Positions 10,101 through 18,795 of a DNA stretch of 64,000 nt are shown one piece after another. The translations under genes were made by a program, and so were the position numbers. The notes below the pieces were generated by a model that saw only the letters and a list, made by a program, of their open reading frames with translations, was not told the DNA's origin and searched no databases. The DNA is taken from NCBI GenBank assembly GCA_913775595.1, contig CAJYLB010000001.1:806001-870000 (forward strand), read 5' to 3'. Numbering within the stretch: the first letter of the stretch is position 1; each line of letters opens with the position of its first letter. This DNA comes from an uncultured Aquiluna sp. GTDB lineage: Bacteria > Actinomycetota > Actinomycetes > Actinomycetales > Microbacteriaceae.

Positions 10101-10730
10101 GGCAAGGGACTTAAGGTCCTCTGGCAGCTTGAGCTGAGATAGCCTGATTAGGTCGGGCACGAAGTTCCCGAGAACCAAAAGCTTTTCGATGTCCGCATCC
10201 GTATTCTGCAAATACTGCGAGACAAGAGCCAACGCCCCAACTGGAATCAAATCTGATTGCCCGGTAGCGACGGCAATCAGGTCAGTCTCCTTGAAGTCAG
10301 GGCGGTGTTTAGAAATCAACTCTGTGACAGCCGGATTCAGCTGCGGCGTTTCGCTGATGCGCAGCTCGTAATCATCGCCACGTGAAATAAGGTTTGCCCG
10401 CCAGAGCAAGATTGGAAGCTTCTTCGACTCATAGCTGATGAGACCGCCAGCAACAAAGAGTGCCTCCGCGCCAAAGGTGCCCTCGATGCGCTGAGCTTTT
10501 CTGAGGATCCTTCTTGTTGCGCTCTGGGCCCTTGCAAGCGCAACTCCGTCTCTAACAAGATTGCCAATGGTGGTGTTGCGAGCTGAAACTAACTGGGCAA
10601 GACCGCCTGGATGCGACCGCGCCAGATCCACTTGGCCAAAGCTGGAGGCTTCAAAGCTAATGAGTGGATTGGTGCCACCAATGGAAGCAAACTGCTCTCT
10701 CCAGAGCGCTAGCTGCTGCGAATGGTCCAC
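7131..10730 (-). CDS. large SF1 helicase-like protein (DUF4011-like N-terminus, C-terminal nuclease-like domain) with degenerate motifs
   Basis: WREQ..IGGTNPL N-terminus, helicase motif remnants, LRAMGWLYHRV domain, ends DDKPPHWG. Confidence 0.75.
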   Translation of the reverse strand: MDHSQQLALWREQFASIGGTNPLISFEASSFGQVDLARSHPGGLAQLVSARNTTIGNLVRDGVALARAQSATRRILRKAQRIEGTFGAEALFVAGGLISYESKKLPILLWRANLISRGDDYELRISETPQLNPAVTELISKHRPDFKETDLIAVATGQSDLIPVGALALVSQYLQNTDADIEKLLVLGNFVPDLIRLSQLKLPEDLKSLASLLGEEGKPPVVSDSPVTLVAEADTSQRLVLRRAHEGESFAVRTLPGCGYLQTVVNVLANNALEGRRTLIVAPREQTLDELAERLSSHKLGGLAVRANDAWSDVVAAISRNEKASTGALLEAKAEHRKAQESIEHYFAAVGTSDSVLSISLIEALEQLAKLAGENNPPVNAARIKPELLPSIRSTAPELLSKAHEAGLFQHGPESSPWYGARFENQEEISKALAAVRELAGENWRTLSYQINRYLSDLELAKCQNVEQWAEQLRLLLGIRYTLDKFLPSIFDRPLHDLIRATAGRNERNDLSGAQRRRFKKLAKEFVRPGTSVSNLHQALKDAQEQRELWDKHNTTQAPPSVPLGLAETQAKFETISNTISLLEKHLDPNPDQPLMTRMSFDDFGARLESLAKETEYLDHYLARKPISQELEGAGLGHLARELSLINPSSAQVQLEFELAWWQSALEAIVQRNPEILEYDAEHLAALEEAFESSGQKVVAEGANTVRATLAERWKSGIQKQPASADKLREQLRKRAITLKDGLLLGGNLWQQLVPAVMLSPYRLWELASSDHFDTVLVLDAASAGAAETIFALTKADQVIAFGDPAIAAPENFDTVARANQDSHESDRPSVYELVESRFGHEVINRSYRMNGQVLGRYLNQNFYDEEIILEPTVGQLFGEHNFEHIEITEGATTESTIEGSTESMDAEVDKVVELVVSHARWHPEDSLMVVTASRSHAERIDQRVSEAVREQPAIAEFFDAHGRERFEAVTMSELTHRLADRVIFSVGFGRTPEGRISGTLGDFNSENAGRWMVNQIVSARKRLTVVSCYNFEDFAGGSLPENQKWLKDLIAPSFLSDVLDGDPDPLLADLAKRLEKLGLKVNLNFAGRIALVASRGKSAIVIDADWSLAGESWEEKLRLRPGLLRAMGWLYHRVHAFEIFAQPQEVANRIAMRLGVDLRGRVEPLFDEPAFEDTPEAWGDGDDSNDDRLRDDKPPHWG

Positions 10731-10819
10731 TGCCCAAGCCTAAAACTCTCGGCGCTTTTCTCCCCTTAGCCTTGGCCGAGGAGAAACAGATCAAACTCCG
10801 CTAATCTAGAAGCTCTTTT

Positions 10820-10895
10820 GGCCTCGTAGCTCAGTGGATAGAGCAACGGTTTCCTAAACCGTGTGTCGGAAGTTCGATTCTTCTCGGGGCCACCA
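10820..10895 (+). tRNA. tRNA-Arg(CCT)
   Basis: GGCCTCG/CGGGGCC acceptor stem, ACGGT-TTCCTAA-ACCGT anticodon arm, GTTCGA T-loop, encoded CCA. Confidence 0.96.
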
Positions 10896-10987
10896 GGACA
10901 CACCAACTCGTCAATGGGTTAGGTTTGTTTTGTCCAGGGCTCGTAGTCGTGCCAAATCACCCTAATGAAATCCGGCACGGAGCCAAT

Positions 10988-12520
10988 TTGTTTTTATCTA
11001 AGATTCGTTCAATTTTTACCTCTTCGGACCCCCGCTACAAACCAAGACCATCGGTCCGTGAGGCGCTTACTGACCCCAAGCTACTTCTTAGAGAATCTCT
11101 GGCCGGATTGGTCGTTGCAATCGCCCTCATACCCGAGGCGATTGCCTTTTCTATCCTCGCTGGAGTAGATCCGAGGGTGGGGCTCTTCGCGAGCTTTGTA
11201 ATGGCGATCACAACAGCGGTCCTAGGTGGGCGGCCCGCGATGATTTCTGCGGCAACCGGTGCAGTCGCTCTGGTAATCGCCCCGGTCGCCAGGGACTACG
11301 GCATTGACTACTTCCTGGCGACCGTAATTCTCGCGGGTGTGTTTCAGCTCGTGCTGGGTGTCGCTGGAGCTGCGAAGTTGATGCGGTTTATCCCGCGCAG
11401 CGTGATGATTGGGTTTGTAAACTCCCTGGCAATCTTGATTTTCATAGCTCAGCTGCCCCACCTCATTGATGTGCCATTCGCGGTTTACCCATTGGTAGCA
11501 CTGGGGCTGGTTGTGATGGTTGTTCTTCCCCGCTTCACCAAAGTCATTCCGGCCCCACTAGTTGCAATCGTCCTTGTGATGGGAACTGTTTTGGTCATGG
11601 GCCTGAAGGTCCCAACCGTTGGCGACGAGGGTGAGTTGCCCCAATCCCTTCCGGAGCTGCTAACCCCAAACGTCCCGCTAACGATTGAAACTTTCAACAT
11701 AATTGCTCCGTTCGCTCTTGCCATGGCGCTGGTTGGTCTCCTGGAGTCGCTGCTTACAGCAAAGCTGGTTGACGAGATAACCGACACTCACTCACAAAAG
11801 ACCCGTGAGACACTCGCTCAAGGCGTTGGAAATATCATCAGCGGCTTCCTCGGCGGAATGGGAGGTTGCGCGATGATCGGCCAGACCATGATCAACGTCA
11901 AAGCCAGCGGCGCGCGAACACGAATCTCGACCTTTTTAGCCGGTGTCTTTCTACTGCTCCTCGTTGTCGCGCTTGGTGAGTTTGTGCAAGCGATTCCTAT
12001 GGCGGCGCTGGTGGCAGTGATGATCATGGTCAGCATTAGTACCTTCAATTTCCACTCCGTTGCTCTGGCAACCCTCAAGCGCATGCCCAAAAGCGAGACT
12101 CTAGTGATGGTCTCAACTGCTGCGGTCGTCGTCTGGACGCATAACCTTGCAATCGGAGTCATAGCGGGTGTCCTGGTGGCGATGGTGGCCTTCGCAAGGA
12201 GGGTGGCTCACTTCGCAAATGTGAAGCGGTCAGTTGGAGGAGATGATGAAATTCAAGCAGCTCTATACACCGTAGAAGGAGAGCTCTTCTTCGCCAGCAG
12301 TAACGATCTAACGACCCTGTTTGAATACACCGACGATCCTCACTATGTGGTCATCGACGTTTCGGCTTCACACATCTGGGACGCCTCGACTGTCGCCGCA
12401 CTTGATTCGATTGTTACAAAGTACGAGTCTCTAGGGAAAGAGGTCTACATCAAAGGCATGAACCAGGCCAGCGAAACACTGCATGCGAGGCTGGCCGGAA
12501 ACTTTGGTGACAACATCTAG
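10988..12520 (+). CDS. SulP family anion transporter with STAS domain
   Basis: [44 protein letters not shown] start after GGAG (tentative). Confidence 0.92.
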   Translation: MFLSKIRSIFTSSDPRYKPRPSVREALTDPKLLLRESLAGLVVAIALIPEAIAFSILAGVDPRVGLFASFVMAITTAVLGGRPAMISAATGAVALVIAPVARDYGIDYFLATVILAGVFQLVLGVAGAAKLMRFIPRSVMIGFVNSLAILIFIAQLPHLIDVPFAVYPLVALGLVVMVVLPRFTKVIPAPLVAIVLVMGTVLVMGLKVPTVGDEGELPQSLPELLTPNVPLTIETFNIIAPFALAMALVGLLESLLTAKLVDEITDTHSQKTRETLAQGVGNIISGFLGGMGGCAMIGQTMINVKASGARTRISTFLAGVFLLLLVVALGEFVQAIPMAALVAVMIMVSISTFNFHSVALATLKRMPKSETLVMVSTAAVVVWTHNLAIGVIAGVLVAMVAFARRVAHFANVKRSVGGDDEIQAALYTVEGELFFASSNDLTTLFEYTDDPHYVVIDVSASHIWDASTVAALDSIVTKYESLGKEVYIKGMNQASETLHARLAGNFGDNI

Positions 12521-13023
12521 GCAGCTTGCTGCTGCAAAGCCAAGAACTCCTGCCACTGCGGCATAGGTTTTTCCGCTCCCCTAACACTCCAGACCATACC
12601 CGTTGGCATCTTGGGTGTTACCCGGAGCTCCCAACCCATTTCTTGCGGCGTCTTGTCGCTCTTTGCGTTGTTGCACCTCAGGCAACAGGCAACCAGGTTC
12701 TCCCAGCTGTCCTGTCCGCCCCTAGATTTGGGGATCACGTGGTCAATGGTGTTCGCGCTCTTGCCGCAGTAGCCACAGCGGTGACCATCTCTGCGCAGCA
12801 CGCCTCGTCTAGAGACCGGAACCCTCCGTGAATTTGGAATCCGAACGTAGCGCTGGAGCAAAATGACCGCGGGCATGTCGAACTCTTGGCTTGCGCTACG
12901 CACCACCTCGCCTCCGGTTCCGGCTAGCACGGTTGCTTTTTGATTGAGGACCAATACGAGTGCCCTCTTGAAGGAAACGACCGCCAGCGGTTCGTAGCCT
13001 GCATTCAGTACGAGTGTGCGCAA
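12517..13023 (-). CDS. HNH endonuclease (McrA-like)
   Basis: LVLNAGYEPL, RDGHRCGYCG..TIDHVIPKSRGG..WENLVACCLRCNNAK. Confidence 0.93.
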   Translation of the reverse strand: MRTLVLNAGYEPLAVVSFKRALVLVLNQKATVLAGTGGEVVRSASQEFDMPAVILLQRYVRIPNSRRVPVSRRGVLRRDGHRCGYCGKSANTIDHVIPKSRGGQDSWENLVACCLRCNNAKSDKTPQEMGWELRVTPKMPTGMVWSVRGAEKPMPQWQEFLALQQQAA

Positions 13024-13084
13024 GATGTTCTCCTATCGAATTCGCCCACACGGCTTGTGAGTATTCGGTATCGACCCCGGGAAC

Positions 13085-13112
13085 AAAAAACGCGCCGCAA
13101 AAATGCGACGCG
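13085..13112 (-). terminator. intrinsic terminator in 5' leader of the HNH gene
   Basis: minus strand CGCGTCGCA-TTTT-TGCGGCGCG followed by TTTTTT. Confidence 0.7.
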
Positions 13113-13246
13113 CGGTTTTCTCCGGCATGGGTATGCAGGGGTGTTGGTGGAGATGGATCCAGTTGCCATGCCTGGCTTGCATGTCTAGTGGCACTTCACC
13201 GCCCCTTCCCATGAAGGTCAATACTTGTAAAAGAGATTAAGTGGGT

Positions 13247-13275
13247 AAAAGCGAAACCCGCGTTAGAAACGCGGG
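13247..13275 (-). terminator. intrinsic terminator after NlpC/P60 gene
   Basis: CCCGCGTT..AACGCGGG stem followed by TTTCGCTTTT. Confidence 0.7.
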
Positions 13276-13298
13276 CCTTATTAGGTGAACTTTTGGGG

Positions 13299-14036
13299 TT
13301 AGTTTTGGATGTCAGCAAGCTTCACGATGTGGAAACGATCGGTGAAGATTGGCGCTAGCTTCACTCGGTCTCCCGGCTGTGGAGCGTGATAGAAATTGCC
13401 GTTACCCGCATAGATCCCGTTGTGGCTGTAGTCGTTGAATACGACAATGTCACCGGGGACCGCCTCCTCGATTGGCACCCGCTCGGCGTACCTTGCCTGC
13501 TGGTAAACGCTGTGTGGAAGCTCGATTCCAAACTGTGCGTAGACGAAAAGCACAAGCCCGGAGCAGTCAATGCCATTTGGAGTCTGGCCACCAAAGACGT
13601 ATGGAGTCCCGACCACCTCTGCAGTTGCCTTCATGATGTTGGCACTGGTGATCTCGGAGAATCTTGGGCTCTCTAGATAGTCCTTGGCCAGAGGTCCGCG
13701 GTAGCGCTGAGAAGAGCGCTTCACCTCAAACTCTGAGGCATCGGCCGGCTGGTACTCACCCCTGGTAAAGGAAACCGCCCTCACCGTAGCGACTGAGAGT
13801 CCCTGGGATGGGGCGGAGAGCTGGACCATTTCATTAGAGGTTGTAAGTCCCGAGATGGCGGTCGCCTCTGGAGAAAAACCGTAAGAGGGCAGCGCAAAGG
13901 TTGCCATCAGACCAGTTGCGGAAATCATGGTCCAGAAAGAGCGCAAGGTGCGACGAGCCGAGACCATGCTCTGGGCGCGCTCTGCTTTTCTTATCTCTTT
14001 GCGAGATGGCCTTGCATCAGCTGAAGCTGAACTCAA
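13299..14036 (-). CDS. NlpC/P60 (C40) cell-wall peptidase
   Basis: GTPYVFGG..GIDCSGLV, HNGIYAGNG..HAP; TTG start after GGAGGA. Confidence 0.9.
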   Translation of the reverse strand: MSSASADARPSRKEIRKAERAQSMVSARRTLRSFWTMISATGLMATFALPSYGFSPEATAISGLTTSNEMVQLSAPSQGLSVATVRAVSFTRGEYQPADASEFEVKRSSQRYRGPLAKDYLESPRFSEITSANIMKATAEVVGTPYVFGGQTPNGIDCSGLVLFVYAQFGIELPHSVYQQARYAERVPIEEAVPGDIVVFNDYSHNGIYAGNGNFYHAPQPGDRVKLAPIFTDRFHIVKLADIQN

Positions 14037-14085
14037 AAGGAATCCTCCGAGAAGTTTTTCCGAACTTCTAACCAAAAAAGTATAA

Positions 14086-14769
14086 CTAGATAGTGCCCTG
14101 TTCACACAAAAACAGATGCTGCCCTATCGAGTCGTCAACCAGCAGCCCTTCTTGACGCCCGGCGGCTGTCAGAAGCTTTTCCCCCGATCGAATTACCAGG
14201 CTCGTTGCCACCTTCGGCAACAGACCCAACTGCCTAAGCTGACCCAGAATACTGGGGTCTAGCTGAAGCGGCTCTCCAATGCGGCAAAGCTCGTACTCGC
14301 CTCCTGTTAGCTCGCTCAGCGGCCGGCAGCCCTTGACCTCGGGTGCTGGGAGACCAAGTAGCTCAAGGCCGGGAATCGGCATGCCAAAGGGCGAGTGTGT
14401 TGGGTTATCGAGAATCTCTAGCAACCTGCGCTCAACGGCTTCGCTCATCACGTGCTCCCAGCGGCAGGCCTCCTCATGCACAGACTCCCAGTCGAGGCCA
14501 ATAACCTCAACGAGCAGCAGCTCAGCAAGTCGATGCTTGCGCATTACCTCAATCGCTGTGAGGCGGCCCTCATCTGTGAAGTGGAGTTGGCGGTCCTGCT
14601 CGACTCTAAGGAGCCCATCGCGCTCCATCCGCGCAACTGTTTGGGAGACTGTGGGCCCGGAGTGGTCGAGGCGCTCGGCAATGCGAGCGCGCATGGGAGT
14701 GATGCCCTCCTCCTCAAGCTCCAAGATCGCCTTGAGATACATCTCGGTTGTGTCGATTAGGTCAGTCAT
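14086..14769 (-). CDS. ideR: DtxR/IdeR family metal-dependent repressor
   Basis: DLIDTTEMYL, SGPTVSQTVARMERDG, VHEEACRWEHVMS. Confidence 0.92.
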   Translation of the reverse strand: MTDLIDTTEMYLKAILELEEEGITPMRARIAERLDHSGPTVSQTVARMERDGLLRVEQDRQLHFTDEGRLTAIEVMRKHRLAELLLVEVIGLDWESVHEEACRWEHVMSEAVERRLLEILDNPTHSPFGMPIPGLELLGLPAPEVKGCRPLSELTGGEYELCRIGEPLQLDPSILGQLRQLGLLPKVATSLVIRSGEKLLTAAGRQEGLLVDDSIGQHLFLCEQGTI

Positions 14770-14826
14770 CTAATTTCCTGTGGCTATAGAAGAACACTAA
14801 TAAAGCCGGAGGCTAAACTTACCGCC

Positions 14827-15942
14827 ATGGCCCAGATTGTGATCCCAGAGAACCTAAAACCAAAGGACGGCAGGTTTGGCTGTGGTCCATCAAAGATGCG
14901 CCCCGAGCAGCTCAATAGCTTTGTGAAGTTTGCTGGCGAGCACATGGGCACCTCTCACCGCCAGATGCCGATTCGCAACCTGGTGGGCGAGCTCAAGGGC
15001 GGCCTTGTTGAACTATTTAGAGCTCCTGATGGCTATGAGGTGATCCTGGGTAACGGAGGAGCTTCCGCATTCTGGGATGCCGCCACCTACTCACTCGCGG
15101 AGCGCAAGGGTCAGGCCCTGGTGCACGGCGAGTTTGGAAGTAAGTTTGCAAAGATTCTTGGAGCTCCCTGGCTAGACAGCCCGACTGTGGTTTCGGCCGA
15201 ACCCGGCACCCGAGGAGAACTGGTTGCTGAGGCGGGGGTTGACATCTATGCCTACCCCCACAACGAAACTTCGGCGGGAGTCGTTGCTCCCGTGAAGCGG
15301 GTGGTTGGCGCGGACGAGGATGCCCTGATGCTGACTGACGCAACCAGTGCCGCTGGTGGTATTGACTTTGAGCTCAGTGAAACCGATGCCTATTACTTCG
15401 CCCCGCAGAAGAACTTCGCCTCAGACGGCGGGCTCTGGTTGGCAATGGTCTCGCCTAAGGCGATTGCTCGAATCGAGAAAGTTGCCGCCTCAGACAGGTA
15501 CGTCCCCAACATCCTCAGCTTGAAGCTTGCACTTGATAATTCGCGCGATAACTACACGCTCAACACCCCAGCGCTAGCGACCATCTTCTTCATGAACGAG
15601 CAGGTGAAGTGGATCAACCAAAACGGAGGGCTCAGGTGGGCGGACGCAAGGACCAAGCAGAGCTCCCAGCTGCTCTTTGATTGGGCCGAGCGCACAGAGA
15701 TAACTCATGCCTTTGTCGAGAATCCCGAGCACCGTTCTCAGGTAGTGGCGACAATCAACTTTGATAAAAGCGTCGATGCCCTAGAGGTCGCAGGGATTCT
15801 CAGAGAAAACGGCATCGTTGACACCGAGCCATATCGAAAGCTCGGGAAGAACCAGCTAAGAATCGCAACCTTTGTCTCAATCGAGCCGTCAGATATCGAG
15901 GCGCTTATCGAGTGCATAGATTACGTGCTGGAGAGAATGTGA
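14827..15942 (+). CDS. serC: phosphoserine aminotransferase (actinobacterial type)
   Basis: DGRFGCGPSK, YYFAPQKNFASDGGLW, DTEPYRKLGKNQLR. Confidence 0.95.
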   Translation: MAQIVIPENLKPKDGRFGCGPSKMRPEQLNSFVKFAGEHMGTSHRQMPIRNLVGELKGGLVELFRAPDGYEVILGNGGASAFWDAATYSLAERKGQALVHGEFGSKFAKILGAPWLDSPTVVSAEPGTRGELVAEAGVDIYAYPHNETSAGVVAPVKRVVGADEDALMLTDATSAAGGIDFELSETDAYYFAPQKNFASDGGLWLAMVSPKAIARIEKVAASDRYVPNILSLKLALDNSRDNYTLNTPALATIFFMNEQVKWINQNGGLRWADARTKQSSQLLFDWAERTEITHAFVENPEHRSQVVATINFDKSVDALEVAGILRENGIVDTEPYRKLGKNQLRIATFVSIEPSDIEALIECIDYVLERM

Positions 15943-16166
15943 AGCTTTTCGTCCGCCACGTGGAGCGCAAACCCGATCCTGAGCCGGTAAACGTAAATCA
16001 GAAACTAGTCGTTTTTGTCGGAACTGGCGTCTGGGTCGTCGTTCTTATCGTCCTGCTCGCGTTTTACCAGTCGCTTGCGGACGCGGGTCTTCTTTGGTGG
16101 CTCCACACCGCCATCGTTGGCATCCTGCTCGGCGGTGTCGCCTACCTCATGGTCAGAAACAACTGA
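15939..16166 (+). CDS. small membrane protein (DUF2530-like)
   Basis: PDPEP then two TM helices; GTG overlaps serC stop; usual neighbour of DUF3027. Confidence 0.65.
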   Translation: MKLFVRHVERKPDPEPVNVNQKLVVFVGTGVWVVVLIVLLAFYQSLADAGLLWWLHTAIVGILLGGVAYLMVRNN

Positions 16167-16526
16167 GCCCATCTCGCTAATCAAGGCATCAGCCTCTGCA
16201 TCAGTCTTTGCTCTGCCTTCTTCGCGGAGCTGGCGCCTGAATTCCTTCAGCCGCTCCGACCAGGGCACCCACTCGGGAGCGAGCTTGGCGTCGGGACCGG
16301 CGACCATATTGATCTCGGAGATGGTTGCGGCCTTGCGCTTGTCGGGCTGAGTGAGAGTAACGACCCAATGCCATCCTGAGTAGCCCTTGGCGGTCGATTC
16401 GAAGTGGAGCTCCACGACACCTTTGACTTCCTCACTCTGCGAGAGGAACTTCCCAAAGCTGCCCTCGGAAAAGTCATTCAGGGCAGACGTTGCCAGAGTT
16501 ACTAGCTTGTTATCCTTCGAGCTCAT
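16005..16526 (-). CDS. DUF3027 family protein
   Basis: GYSGWHWVVT, LAPEWVPWSERL motifs; follows cold-shock gene. Confidence 0.85.
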   Translation of the reverse strand: MSSKDNKLVTLATSALNDFSEGSFGKFLSQSEEVKGVVELHFESTAKGYSGWHWVVTLTQPDKRKAATISEINMVAGPDAKLAPEWVPWSERLKEFRRQLREEGRAKTDAEADALISEMGSVVSDHEVGDTAEQDANDGGVEPPKKTRVRKRLVKREQDDKNDDPDASSDKND

Positions 16527-16890
16527 CTGCCACTCGTCTCAGTAGCTGCGCTACCTTGCGTCCGTGGGTTTCCTCTGGATATTTGCCACGCTTTAGGTTT
16601 CCACCAACTTGATCCAACAGCCGGATCAGATCTTCAGTGATCACCGCGAGATCCTCAGCTGGCTTGCGGCTAGCCGAGGAAAGGGTTGGGACCTCAAGAA
16701 TTCTCAGGGAGAGCGCCTGCGCCCCTTTGCGGCCATCGACAATGCCGTACTCGACCCTCGTGCCGGGCCTGATGGTTGCGCTTCCCTGAGGAAGTGCGGA
16801 GGCATGCAGGAATACCTCGGTGCCATCATCGCCCGCAATGAAACCGAAGCCCTTGTCGTCGTCAAAAAACTTGACCTTGCCTGTTGGCAT
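16510..16890 (-). CDS. cold-shock domain protein with C-terminal extension
   Basis: MPTGKVKFFDDDKGFGFI..VFLHASAL. Confidence 0.92.
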   Translation of the reverse strand: MPTGKVKFFDDDKGFGFIAGDDGTEVFLHASALPQGSATIRPGTRVEYGIVDGRKGAQALSLRILEVPTLSSASRKPAEDLAVITEDLIRLLDQVGGNLKRGKYPEETHGRKVAQLLRRVADELEG

Positions 16891-16947
16891 TTTTCCCACT
16901 TTCAACTGAACCGAGGCAAGTGTAGCCGAAAGGCTTAGGCTTGTCTG

Positions 16948-17187
16948 ATGGCCAAAAACAACAATCCACGCCGCCTCGAGCAGGTGCTCGGCGCTATGGC
17001 CGTTGGTGTCATTGGCCTGTCAGTCATCTCAATTCTCACCACCCTGCTGATGGTTTTCTTTGGAGCCGAAAATCTGCCCGTGATTCTGGCTCAGCTGCCG
17101 CTCATTGGTTTGCCAGTTGGATTTCTCATAATCATTGCGATGCTCGTGGCAGCAATCATTCGGCGCTCGCGTGAGGCCAGGGACTAA
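16948..17187 (+). CDS. small two-TM membrane protein
   Basis: hydrophobic 79 aa, LPLIGLPVGF; TAGGCT -10 six nt upstream. Confidence 0.7.
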   Translation: MAKNNNPRRLEQVLGAMAVGVIGLSVISILTTLLMVFFGAENLPVILAQLPLIGLPVGFLIIIAMLVAAIIRRSREARD

Positions 17188-18786
17188 TTGAGTTCAATAC
17201 TCAGCCTCGCCGGCAAACTCAGGGAGCTCTCGCCGAGCGATCTCCAACAGGTCCTTGCAGACATGGTTGGTAACTCAGCAGGTTGTAAGGACCTCTTTGA
17301 TCTCTCCCGCCTTCTGCTGACAGGCCGTGAGCTGGAATCTCGCATCCGGAAACTGCCTGCCAAAGACCTAGAACTTCTTGCAGCAGGCAAGAGTTCAAAG
17401 AACCTTCAAGCTAGCTATCTCGCAGACAGCAAGCCATTCCCAGAGACCATCGAAGCGCTGGAGCGAATCGAGCCCGGGAAGAGGCCGAGACTGGATGTTG
17501 CAGGTGGCAACCTGTCCGCCTACGAAACCATGCTCTGTCTCACAGAAATTCACTACGCGCTCGAGCAACATTGGTTCGATGTAATGAAGACAGGTCTGCG
17601 GGCGCAGGATGCCAAGTTAGTCGCCGAGAAGCTCAAATGGCAAAGCAAGGATGTCCAGCTGCGATTCCGCCTTGGGATGCGCGCTGGCCACTTTGCCGAG
17701 CACCTTGGACGCTGGGTAACCACCGAGGTGGGTCAAAAGTGGCTAACCAAAACCAGGGAGCAGGCGCTCAGCCAGCTGATCGAGAGTATTTGGGATCTGC
17801 CTCCCGTCAAAATCTCTGAAGGCCCAATCATCGATCAACTCCTGGGGGCATTTCCGCTCATGGTTACGAGCAACCTTGCTGTCTTGGATTTCGGACCCAC
17901 CCTAGGACTGCTTGATGGCCAGGTCGCCCTCAAGCCAATGACACTGGGCTCGAAGGGGGCAGCAAAAGAGATTGCCGAGAATCTGCCAGTAGCAGAGGAT
18001 CGGCTGATTGTTCAGGGAGACCTTTCCATTGTTTGCCCGTCCCCACTCACCGCCAAGCTCCATAAGCAGCTCGACTCCTTTGCCGATAGTGAGGACCTCG
18101 GGCTGGCGTCTAGGTTCCGGCTCAGTGCGCTTTCCCTCTCGCACCACCTAGAGACAGGAGGCAGCCTAAAAGATGTTCGCAAGACACTGGCTGACCTAAG
18201 TGGCAAAAGCCTCCCTCAACCGGTTGAGTATCTGCTCAGCGAGGTCGAGGCCAAGTTCGGAAGGCTAACCATAGCCAGAAGCGCCGAGACGACAATTGTC
18301 AGCTCGACCGATGAGATCCTGCTGACCCAGATCAAGAACGAACGAGCGCTCAACCACCTAAGCCTCGCTGGTTCCTCAGGTGCTCTTCGTAGCCCTAGCT
18401 CAGTTGAGCTTTGCTATTTTTCACTTCGCGATGCCGGTTACGCAGCGGTAATGCTTGATGAAAATAAACGAATTGTCTCCCCCAGGTTCACAGCATCATT
18501 AGCCCACGAGGTTCAAAGCGACGATGAACTAGCAGCCCGGGCAAAGGGCCTGCTCAGCAGTGAGAAGACTGCAGCTGACCCATCGGATGTGCTGAGGCAA
18601 CTGGAGTTTGCTCTAAAGAACAAGCTAAAAGTTCAGCTCAAGATTGAACTACCAAATGGCATTGAAGAGGAATTCCTGCTGACTCCGCTTGGGCTTGGTG
18701 CAGGAAGGCTCAGAGGGCGAGACGAGGAGCGTCAGGCAGAGCGGACGCTACCGGTCTCAAGAATCAAATCAGTCGTGCTCAGTTAG
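17188..18786 (+). CDS. XPB-associated protein (Helicase_C_3-like domain, WYL-like C-terminus)
   Basis: LIVQGDLSI, LPQPVEYLL, ERTLPVSRI; upstream of XPB. Confidence 0.8.
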   Translation: MSSILSLAGKLRELSPSDLQQVLADMVGNSAGCKDLFDLSRLLLTGRELESRIRKLPAKDLELLAAGKSSKNLQASYLADSKPFPETIEALERIEPGKRPRLDVAGGNLSAYETMLCLTEIHYALEQHWFDVMKTGLRAQDAKLVAEKLKWQSKDVQLRFRLGMRAGHFAEHLGRWVTTEVGQKWLTKTREQALSQLIESIWDLPPVKISEGPIIDQLLGAFPLMVTSNLAVLDFGPTLGLLDGQVALKPMTLGSKGAAKEIAENLPVAEDRLIVQGDLSIVCPSPLTAKLHKQLDSFADSEDLGLASRFRLSALSLSHHLETGGSLKDVRKTLADLSGKSLPQPVEYLLSEVEAKFGRLTIARSAETTIVSSTDEILLTQIKNERALNHLSLAGSSGALRSPSSVELCYFSLRDAGYAAVMLDENKRIVSPRFTASLAHEVQSDDELAARAKGLLSSEKTAADPSDVLRQLEFALKNKLKVQLKIELPNGIEEEFLLTPLGLGAGRLRGRDEERQAERTLPVSRIKSVVLS

Positions 18787-18795
18787 GCTTAATCG

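Noticed and set aside
10896..12520. Island inserted at tRNA-Arg carrying SulP
   Set aside because: No duplicated tRNA 3' end or integrase seen nearby; composition looks host-like.
14036..14105. c-di-AMP riboswitch upstream of NlpC/P60
   Set aside because: Only ~50 nt separate it from ideR; no room or motif.
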